From assembly GCA_051530055.1 (NCBI GenBank), contig CM121341.1, forward strand, positions 2,842,151 to 2,906,150: a stretch of 64,000 nt of DNA, given 5' to 3'. The position numbers and the translations under genes are program-made. Under the pieces are notes generated by a model. It saw only the letters and a list, made by a program, of their open reading frames with translations, had not been told where the DNA came from and did no database searches. Below are positions 12,982 through 22,669 of this stretch, piece by piece; within the stretch, counting starts at the first letter, position 1, and every line of letters starts with the position of its first letter. Source of the stretch: Neoechinorhynchus agilis. Lineage: Eukaryota; Animalia; Acanthocephala.

Positions 12982-13758
12982 TCACTGATCATTCGTCTAT
13001 TTTGGTAATGAATAGTTGTCTTTAATTAGCCATCGAGAGAAGGGTAACGAGTGTAAAGATTCGTTTTTAAAATCTTTAGTTCACTCTTTCATCTTCATTC
13101 ACTGATTTCATCGCTGTGTCTTTTCAATTCACAGTTTTTTGACTCTGCCCAAAAATAGAAGATACGAGAAGAAACATTTTAGATAATAATGTTATTTTAA
13201 GGAATATTCACTGAAATAGTAATACATTTCAACATTTTGGCGATCGATGTTGTACTATAGGAGTGCTTTGAACGAGTTGCTAATAATCTAAAGGGTCCAT
13301 TAGTAAAAGCAATGAGCGTAGTTAAGGATTTATTAACGGACGTTATCCAGTTTGGATAGGAATCTCTTAGGGGCGAACAGTTGGTCGAAGTCAAAAAGTG
13401 CAAAGAAAAAAATCAAACTGCTCGAAGAGGCAGACAATGGTTCCAAACTGGAATTCTAAGAGACAAGCTAAAGATTTACAGAAATCGTCCAGTTCAGCGG
13501 TTCGAAATGAGTGGTGTTCAAAAGATCGCAAATGCTTGCACAATTATTAAGGACTTGGTACCACTGTTAAAGAATATTCAGCCTGCAGCACTTAATGATC
13601 CTAAAATTACTGTGGAGGATAGGAAAAGTGAAAGCAATTCACCTCCAGTAAATAAGATTGAGCAAAAGGTCGAAGAAACATCTGAACGAATAGGAACAAG
13701 AACAAAAGGAGGAACAAATAACTATAAAGATATGAGGTAAAAAAATAGACAATCCGAT

Positions 13759-14230
13759 TTATCTCGACCATAATGCTCCTTCTTCCCCTTTCGCACAACA
13801 TTCCTTGCCGGTCTGAATTCGACCCATCGTGTCATGCACTCCTCCCTCAAGATCATAAATTGCAACATTTTTATTACTGGAATACCTGAACCTCCATTTG
13901 CCGACTATTTCGCCTCTGGTGCTCACCATAGCAACCATATTCCTCGTATCACTCAACTCCTTTTTCCCGACTTGAATTTTGCATTTAATCTCCAACATCT
14001 CCTCTAACCCGCGTTTGCGTCTTCTCAAAGTAACTTTCAACTCACCACTCATTGTCTCTCGCTTCCCTAACCGGAGAAACAAGATCCTTACTTCACAACT
14101 TCCTTTCCCAATCTCTCCACATTCGCAACCGAGTGGCATAAGCGCGTTTAAAATGCCATCCATATCGCTGGTTCAAGTCTACGGCCGCTGGAAGGGTAGG
14201 ATCAGGTTCGGCTGAGCGCCTTCGAACTGT
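13759..14230 (-). other. Possible decayed retroelement ORF1-like fragment
   Basis: GC-richer 134-aa ORF ending in a degenerate CCxKGEEG knuckle-like string; no firm motif match. Confidence 0.2.
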
Positions 14231-14699
14231 GTGAATTAGCCAAGAGGCTGCCAAGGAACGAAAAACTCTAGCCGTAAGGCCCTGTGTGTATGCGATTTAA
14301 GATAAATAAAATAAAACATCGCAAATTTCCACTGCCCCTCAACCTCAATAAAAACCTAATATTCACAGCATAAACCATCGCTTTTAACTAACACCCTAAA
14401 ACATCCTTAACCCTTTGCACTCGATTAAAATTTTAAGGTCGTTGACCCCAGATCGGAATATATTTTGAAATTTATACCGGGGCATTCGTTTTTGACGTCG
14501 GACTGGATATACCCCACCGGGTTGGACGTACGATGGTAAGACTTGTATGCTACCAATAAGTCCCACCGGGTGGGACATACGATCGGAATGAGAAAATAAA
14601 AATGTCCCACCGTGTGGGACAGTCGAACAAATAAACGTGTTATTATCTATCGAATTCCGTGTTCTAAAAACGTACCTTACTCTACATCCGTTCTTTTTC

Positions 14700-15157
14700 A
14701 GAATTTTCCTCCACCACAACGAAATATGAACAAATCAATCTTCAAAAATATCGCTGCGTAAAATTCCACAAAATGTGAGAAAAATATTCTTGTGCTCGAT
14801 TCTCATGTATAAATGTTGCCATTTAATCTCTCTCTTTAAAAAGCTTGTGAAATAATACTTGATTTTCCATCTGCATTTTGTTCAACGAAGTTTTGTTTTT
14901 AACTATATTTCATAAAGAAACCATAAGATCACGAAAGCTCCCGAAGTAAAGATATTTCTAAGGTACATTGTTTCTCTGCTTTGTTAATTAACAAACAAAT
15001 AAACGTGTTATTTTTATACCTTTAAACAAGCGTTGTGAATCTCAAATACTTTTCTACAATACGGTTTTTTTAAGACTAATTAATATCTCTGTATTCTTAT
15101 TGGTCAATCTCTAAAAAAAACGCAGATTCACCTACTTTCCAGTATTTTTACTCCTAT
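14700..15157 (+). repeat. 458-bp direct repeat, copy 1 (copy 2 at 17819-18276)
   Basis: agaattttcctccaccacaacg...cacctactttccagtatttt..ctcctat present twice, 3119 bp apart, with few differences. Confidence 0.95.
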
Positions 15158-15594
15158 TTGAATTTGAAATTTTAAATTAAACAAAAAAAGCCATTTCCCG
15201 AAGCAACGCATGCAATCTTATCATGAAGAATTTTCGGCCGATTATTTATTTCAATATTAATTTCAGTTTGAAGTTATGAACATACTTTTCGAATGCGTTG
15301 TTCTCCTTTAGGTCAATGCATTCATTGGCTTCTTTATTGTTGCAAAATGGTATTTGTAAATGTCCAGTAAATTGTAGCTATTTAAACCGAGGAAAATTGT
15401 CGTAAAAAAGACAATACGATTGCACATTTGTTAACTTTCACGCTTCTGAACGTTAAAGCAATCTTGATAATTAAAAATGCAATTTATGATGTATCAATAT
15501 AGAAAGTACAGTTTGATCTATGCTTTCGAATAAAAAAAGATGGGTTTAGAGAGTCGAATCTTTGTTCAATAAGTATCTATTCACTGATCTCGAA

Positions 15595-16590
15595 ATGACC
15601 ATGAGTAAAAAGGAAGACGAGAAAATCAAGCGGAATAATCCATGGGGTCCTTATACTTACAAAGATTTAATCACTATGGCTATCGGAAGCAGCCTTCAAG
15701 GTTGTCTCACTCTCCAGGGCATCTATATTTGGATCCTCCAAAACTTTGAATACTTCAGACAGCGACAACGGTTTCCTCTTTGCAAGCAATGGAAAAACGC
15801 CATCAGCTATAATCTCTCAATTCATGCAAAGTTTTATCGGTTTCCACCTATGAGTCGTAAAAGACCCTCGTTTTGGGCTATTAATCCAAATTACAGAGTA
15901 GTAACGAGTAGAAAACGAAGTGTTGATTCATTCAAAGGGGATCAAGAGGTCGTGGAGGCACGTCTTCCGAAAAATACACCCGATCATTCGCAGCAATGCG
16001 ATGCCACTTTCGACCTTCAAAATAATCCATTTAAAAACAATCCGACGAACACTAATGGATTTATTTTTAATGATCCACTAAATGTACCGCCTGCGGATAT
16101 AAATGCCTGCATCGGTCAAAATACTTTTGCCTATTTCGACAAACAAAACCCGGAATTCGGATTCCAACCGCTTTTAAATGCGTACAATTCGACCGCAGTA
16201 GCTACAAATCCCCAAGTTTACACGAATGTGGCAACAAATCCGACTTATGGATATCAAGGTCAACAGTTGGTCCAACAACAGTTTTTTAACAATGGACAAG
16301 TTCAAAATGCTCAACATTACTCTAATGGCTATCATGGAGGCCAAAGCACTTACCAAAATACTCCACAAACCATGCAATTCTATCAACCAAATAACGATTT
16401 TAATTTCAATCAGCAACAACCTACACAAAACGTACAGATTTCCTCTCAAGACCAATGTGCTCCTCAGAATTATTTAAATGCAAGCGAAGTGATTAAACGT
16501 CAATTTCCAGTCCAAAACGAAGCAAGAGATCAAGCCTTTGAACCTAATAGTAGACCCTCGAACGATCCTCCTTTTACTGAACCAAATTGA
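15595..16590 (+). CDS. Intronless divergent FoxO-like forkhead protein with Q/N-rich C-terminus
   Basis: NNPWGPYTYKDLITMAI...LTLQGIYIWI...F.YF...WKNAISYNLSIHAKF...FWAINP; the NxWG start and LSxHxKF are FoxO-type signatures. First ATG at 15595. Confidence 0.75.
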   Translation: MTMSKKEDEKIKRNNPWGPYTYKDLITMAIGSSLQGCLTLQGIYIWILQNFEYFRQRQRFPLCKQWKNAISYNLSIHAKFYRFPPMSRKRPSFWAINPNYRVVTSRKRSVDSFKGDQEVVEARLPKNTPDHSQQCDATFDLQNNPFKNNPTNTNGFIFNDPLNVPPADINACIGQNTFAYFDKQNPEFGFQPLLNAYNSTAVATNPQVYTNVATNPTYGYQGQQLVQQQFFNNGQVQNAQHYSNGYHGGQSTYQNTPQTMQFYQPNNDFNFNQQQPTQNVQISSQDQCAPQNYLNASEVIKRQFPVQNEARDQAFEPNSRPSNDPPFTEPN

Positions 16591-17818
16591 AATCAACGTT
16601 TAGAGCAACATTTAGTAGAAGATTGCATATTCCAAGTGCAATCTTGAGTTATGCCGCAAATATTGTTGCGCATCTCTTAGATAAATTAGATTTTGCGTAA
16701 ATTTAGTGCTTATTGGCGGTTGGGGGATATTATTGCTGAGTTAAATATATGACTGGATTTCACACGGTGATCAATGAGCTCATTTAAATGCTACTAACTT
16801 TTTCGTACTAGTTTTTGTGATCGTCTATTCCAGTCCTACCAAAAGGATGGTTGCAAAATTTAGACCAAAATGGCGTCCTAAATCTTGGTATAATTTTTCT
16901 TTATTAAAGGATCTAAATTGCACGTCGTGATGCTCCTCTTCGGAGCAGGTTTATAGCAAAGTTCAACGCATTCAGCAAGGATATCATTTAAAAAGAACTA
17001 AAAAAGTTTAGGTTATCCGTTTTAACGTTAAGAGCAATAATTTTGTCGCCTATAATTTTCACCGTTTCATTAATTCCAATCATTCTTCTTACATATGAAA
17101 ATAAAATGAGCGTTATTTATTTTGAGGGTTAATAAATTCTATAGAATTGAATAAGGAATTAGCTCTTAATCCTTTTCCTGTTAAGCATTTGCTTGCTGGG
17201 ATCAGCAGCAAAAAATGTTCTCAATGATTCTCGCAGCCGATTTTGTAAATGATTTATCATCGAATGTGTCGTGCTAAATGTTCAATAGTGATTGTTTATG
17301 TGGAGAATAGTATTAATAATTCACCGGAAAATTGTGTGGTTTATTCTTAAGCAGCAATAAGCTACAAAAACTCATGTTTTTTGACTCCTTGACGCTCGAA
17401 TTCTCCCTTTATCCGTTCACTACGAATACTTTGTTAACCTACTCGCAAAAATAGACTTTGCAATTTACATTTACAGCGAAACGACCTGTCTAATGCTTTG
17501 TATCCAATAATTGCGCATTATATTCCATTCCATTTTTATTTTAAATATGATTAATTTGTTACGCAATAAAGTTCAGCATTCCCTTTTGAATCGCGATGCT
17601 GATTCTCGGATAAAATAGTTGATTGCCCTGTAATCATATGTTGTTGCGACTAACGATTTTCCAAGGTTAAAAACTTTATGGTGCTTTGTCCAGCGGCACT
17701 TTTCTGATATGTAAGCTATTTTCTTTAAATAAATACTTTTTTGCGGCATTCACGGAATCGAATTTTGTTATGGGGGACAATTTAAATAAGGCATTGAATC
17801 CGATACTTCGGTGCCTTT

Positions 17819-18276
17819 AGAATTTTCCTCCACCACAACGAAATATGAACAGTTCAATATTCAAAAATATCGCTGCGTAAAATTCCACAAAATGTGAGAA
17901 AAATATTCTTGTGCTCGATTCTCATGTATAAATGTTGCCATTTAATCTCTCTCTTTAAAAAGCTTGTGAAATAATACTTGATTTTCCATCTGCATTTTGT
18001 TCAACGAAGTTTTGTTTTTAACTATATTTCATAAAGAAACCATAAGATCACGAAAGCTCCCGAAGTAAAGATATTTCTAAGGTACATTGTTTCTCTGCTT
18101 TGTTAATTAACAAACAAATAAACGTGTTATTTTTATACCTTTAAACAAGCGTTGTGAATCTCAAATACTTTTCTACAATACGGTTTTTTTAAGACTAATT
18201 AATATCTCTGTATTCTTATTGGTCAATCTTTAAAAAAACGCAGATTCACCTACTTTCCAGTATTTTTTCCTCCTAT
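17819..18276 (+). repeat. 458-bp direct repeat, copy 2
   Basis: See 14700-15157. Confidence 0.95.
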
Positions 18277-18476
18277 GATCACTAAAAATTTTGTTGCACG
18301 TTGGTTTTCATGATACAAACAAAACTCAATGGCTCTACGCAAACCGTTAAAATCGCTTCAAAAAATGGACGGAATGAGCGCTGTTTCGTCGATGCAAAAT
18401 TGCGCTCCTTTCAGCCAACAGATCTACTTCAATTCGGACATTACCTACTATTCCCTCCCCGGGTGATTGTGAGGTT

Positions 18477-19500
18477 TTGAGTGATTGTGCACAAGTTTCC
18501 CAAGGGGATCAGATGGAACATTCTATTGACGCATCAAAGTTTAAGCGTCCGGTTAGAAAAGAAGACATTGTTATCAAAATTCCCAAGGAAGCCATGGGTA
18601 CTAAATCCCCCTCGTATTTTTCGCGTAATTACTACGAGAAGTACCTACAGCCTAGTGGTCGAGAGAAGTCGATGAATTTTCTGATAAAGAGGTTCTCGGT
18701 GACTAAATTCCACATTCTGTTTGTATTCTTCGATGTGGCAGGTAAAGATCTCTTTTGTAAGATGTTAGGGGGAGTTAAGCATGCAGTCTATTGACCTTTC
18801 CCGTAGAGTCACCTTTCTTATGAGGAATCCTCCTCAAGACTTGGATTCTGTTGACTTTCGCAAAATTGAGGATGAGTTAGGAATTAAACTGGTCAAATAT
18901 TTAGACCCAATGCCACTTCCGCCTACGCCATCCTATGTTCAGCCACAATCAATGTCGCCGAGAGTTTGGCTAACTCCGACAGAGGCTACTTTTCATACTT
19001 GGTCACATTCAACCGATATAAGGACTCTATGACTATAATTTTATAATCTGTCAGACCACGAATCGGACTGTGTATTTCCCTCCAGATGCATCTTTTGTGC
19101 AGGTCCTCACCACAAATCATCCCGCTCTCACTCTGATTCTACCAACTGTGGCAAGAGTCATCCGGCCTTTGCGCGTTCTTGCAAGTTCGCGCAAAAATAC
19201 TTTGACGATTCCTTATCATAGAAGCAGCCGGTCTACTATAATAAAAATAATAGAGAAATCTATCCTCATCAAACTTTCTCTCCGGACGGCTTTTCCTCTA
19301 AGGAGTTGAAGACTCAACCTCCCTCTAATGGTACCTCCGGAAAAATCTTCTTTTGAAAGTTTAGTATCTTCCCTCTCTACTTCTCCACTTGGTACCAGTA
19401 AAGAAATCTCCTTGCTTAAGGACATCCTTACTTGGATTCTTTACAAATTTGATAATTGTTCTGTATCGGACTGTCATAATTGAGACTTCACGTGTTAAAG
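18477..19500 (+). mobile_element. Probable 5' part (ORF1/APE remnant) of the degenerate LINE whose RT lies at 21240-22400
   Basis: Broken ORFs; a decayed GDFN-like position near 19480; same strand as the RT beyond the CRE/PLE insertion. Confidence 0.3.
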
Positions 19501-19507
19501 ATACACC

Positions 19508-19936
19508 TTCGGCGCCTCTTTGTGTGCTTTGTCCAAGAAAGATGGTGGGACTCGTCCCATCGCCATTGGCTGCACTTTGCGTAGGTTAGCCGCGAAAGTT
19601 TTATGCAGGAGAATCTCCGATAAAATGGGAGAATTTTTGAGACCCTGTCAGTTAGGTTGCTGCACTCCTTGTGGAGTTGAAGCGGTCGTGCATGCTCTGC
19701 GAAAATTTATCCCCCAAAGAACAAAGCCAACAAAAATTCTGAAAGTAGATTTTAAAAATGCTTTCAATACTTTGAAAAGGGAAACAATGTTAAAAGCGAT
19801 TGAGGATGTCGTCCCAGAGGCTTACCCCTATTTCTGAAGAGCATATGCTAACCATACACCACTGCTGTACAACGACAAAATAATTTGGTCGCAGAGTGGT
19901 GTACAACAGGGAGACCTACTCGGCCCCATAGGCTTC
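19508..19936 (+). mobile_element. CRE-like RT fragment (N-terminal RT motifs up to GVQQGDLLGPIGF)
   Basis: GASLCALSKKDGGTRPIAIGCTLRRLAAK, QLG..TPCGVEAVVHA, KVDFKNAFN, stop at 19835-19837, then SQSGVQQGDLLGPIGF. Confidence 0.85.
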
Positions 19937-21230
19937 CTCCGGTATTGGCCATCCTCTACCTCGATGACCTGGAAAGACTGCACATCTATCCACATTTAGC
20001 GTCGAGTCAAGTTTACCTCCGCTATGTGGACGATGTGTTGCTGACCTTCAACGAGGATGATGAGGTCGATACCATTGAGTCACAATTAAATTCAATGGAC
20101 TCGAATATGAGGATTCAAGTTACAAGAGACCAACCTTCGGACTACCTGCCATTCCTCAATCTCCGCTTCAAATCCGACGATGTATCCAACTTCAATTGGT
20201 ATCGAAAGCCATGCAGGAAGTCGATTGTGATGCACCGAGATTCTCACCATCCTTGGGCGATGAAAGCGGCGATATACGCTGGTATGCATAAATCGGCAAC
20301 CACCTGCTCATCGTCGTGGGACGCGAAGCGTGGAGCGGTGGAAGCAGTAAACAAGATCTTCGCGGACAACGGATATTCGACAGAGGAGATCGAAGGATTC
20401 CAGCGAGAAGTGGAAAATAGAATTAGACGAGACGCTGGACCCATGAGGGAACGAAAGGACGATAGGCCGATCCTACGAATTCCGTACGTGAGTGAAATGT
20501 TCACGAAGAGAGTTAAAGTACTGCTCAGGCAAGCAGGGTTGAATGTGCGTATTGTGCACAGAGGGTGTAGAACGCTGCGGAGGATGCTGACGAGAACGAG
20601 GCATCATGAGGATCATCAGGAATGCCCTCGGTCGTGCCTAATGTGCAGATACGCAGCAGGTGCGAGGATGGACGAGGAGCGTCAGCAAGCCATTGATCGT
20701 GACTGGAAGATGTGCGATCAGAGCAGTGTGGTCTACGAGATCCGGTGTGAACGGTGTCGGATTGACCGTGGCCACTTGGTCACGTACGTGGGAAAAACAG
20801 AAAGGCCACTTCGCCAAAGAGTGGCCGAGCATGTACGAAACTCGTTGAACCCAAGTGCGCAATCGTATGTGACGACACCGTGGGCGAAACATTATTCGCG
20901 AGTCCACCCGGATGGAACAGTTCAGCTGTCCACGCGCATAATGTACAAAGCGCAGGATCCCGTCGAACTGTCGATAGCGGAAGCGCTGATCATATCCCGA
21001 GAGACCCGGGATCGTGAGGACTCTAGCGGGCATCGGTCGGTCGGTAGGACACTCATTAACCAGAAGGATGAGTTGTCTGCCGTCATGAATCTCATGTGAA
21101 CTTCCACTTCACTCGCATTGTAGATTACACCCTGAAGAAGCCGTTGGACGGCGAAAGCTAGGTGTTTCAATAAAATCTCTTTCAGTCGGATTGTCAATCA
21201 AACAATCATCAATAGATAAAACATTAATAT
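19936..21230 (+). mobile_element. 5'-truncated Penelope-like element (RT C-half, Cys-rich linker, GIY-YIG endonuclease, 3' pLTR)
   Basis: PVLAILYLDD, YLRYVDD, LPFLNL, WYRKP..SHHP, NGY, IPYVSE, CxxxCxxC linker, VVYEIRCERC...YVGKTERPLRQRVAEH, AEALII, LINQK; hammerhead and AATAAA just after the stop. Confidence 0.92.
21127..21165 (+). ncRNA. Minimal type-I hammerhead ribozyme in PLE pLTR
   Basis: ACACC-CTGAAGA-A-GCCGT(tgg)ACGGC-GAAA-GC-TA-GGTGT: 5-bp stem I, 5-bp stem II, palindromic AGCT stem III, CUA cleavage triplet. Confidence 0.88.
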
Positions 21231-21239
21231 TGTTAAGAA

Positions 21240-22400
21240 ATTTTTTATTCCCGAGACGAAAGGACGTATTTTTAACGCTTCCCACATTAAAGTCATATCC
21301 ATACAGAACCCAATTGTCTCTTGCTTAGAAAGCGCGGTGAACGGGAAGCTGTATGACTTTTTAGTTTCTAGAAATCTTATACCTGACTTTTTTCATGGTT
21401 TTATTTGGGGTAAAGGTGTTACTTCGCTTTTATTCTCTCTTAATTCCATGAATGAAGCTATTAATTTACAAAAACTTCTCATTCAGTTGGATATTAATAA
21501 GGCTTTTGACGCCTCGGATCCCTCTTTCCCTTATGAGGCATTAGTTAGTCTAAAAGTTCTTCTAAATATTATCTACAAAACCAACTATCTTATGGAATCT
21601 AAGTCATTTTACTATGAGGTGGACCCTTCTCACAGGATCTCCACTCTCGCCCACCTTATTTTTAATTGCCCTTATATATATTTTCAAAAATTTAAAGAAA
21701 TCATCTCCCATATTTACGCTAGTTTATACGGATGATATATTTCTATTTTGTAAAGCTAGAACATCTTCAATCCTAACTAATAATATAGCTAATTTTATGA
21801 ATTCTTTGTCTTCGGAACTTAGGAAAGCCAATCTGGTTGTAAATAGTAACAAAACTTTCTTTATTCCACTTACTAAAACCTTGGTCTCGAGGAAGCTCCT
21901 AATTAATGAATTAGCATCTAATTTAAATTTCCTTAACATCAACTTTAGATCACATTCCAGGATTTTAAGTGTAGACTTCCCTTGTAAGAATCATAGTATT
22001 TTTATCAACTCTTCCGTTAAAAGTCTATTGGCAAAAACAGTTATCTTCATCAAAAGAGCAAAAAGGCTCTCCATCCCTTCTCTATCTTTAAAGTTTTAAA
22101 AATCTTTTTAGGGGGTCCATTTGCTTGTTCGCACCAGGCCGGCACCCTGAAAATACGCTTTCCTTTTTTCGTATCTTGCTAAATAAGCTTAGTAGTATTC
22201 TCTTTAGAAATAATAGACACGGCACTCATTTTTTCCTTTTTAACAAGACTTTTCTTGCCTGAAATCTGGTTTTTTCTAATCTTAATTCTATCTGTAAATA
22301 TTTTAAATATAACTCTTCAATTCACATAATCTTTTACAATAACTCCACTAATCTATTAAACAGGAAAGAGGAAAGTGATTTCTTTACGCTCATCTCTCAT
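21240..22400 (+). mobile_element. Degenerate AT-rich LINE reverse transcriptase
   Basis: HGF..GKG, QLDINKAFD, GSPLSPTLFLIAL, YTDDIFL, L.VNSNKT spread over frameshifted ORFs 21337-22099. Confidence 0.7.
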
Positions 22401-22445
22401 TTAATGGCTCAGGATAGGAAAAGGATAATTATTAATAGATAATAA

Positions 22446-22580
22446 AAAGCGGTACTCGAAGCTGCTGTGAGGGATTTAAGAGATCGTCCCTCAACTCACA
22501 GTTATCTTGGGCCCGGGACATGCTGGAACGCATAAACTAAAGAATTAAGGAGAGGCGTGAGTTTTAATAATAATAATAAT
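22446..22580 (+). mobile_element. Possible R4/Dong-like 3' end with (TAA)n tail
   Basis: KAVLEAAVRDLR resembles the QKAVL..T.RILR C-terminus of R4/Dong ORFs; (TAA)5 at 22565-22580. Confidence 0.3.
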
Positions 22581-22669
22581 GACACTCATTGACCTCCTTA
22601 CCAGCGAAGAGACTCGCTATCAATTGATATGTTGTCGAACCAACCCAAGAGAGAAACATATCACTCATC

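Noticed and set aside
14160-14185. tRNA or tRNA-derived SINE from ggttcaagtc
   Set aside because: Only a T-loop-like 10-mer; no cloverleaf or A-box could be built.
14700-18276. LTR retrotransposon carrying a Fox gene
   Set aside because: No TG...CA termini, PBS, PPT or gag/pol remnants were seen.
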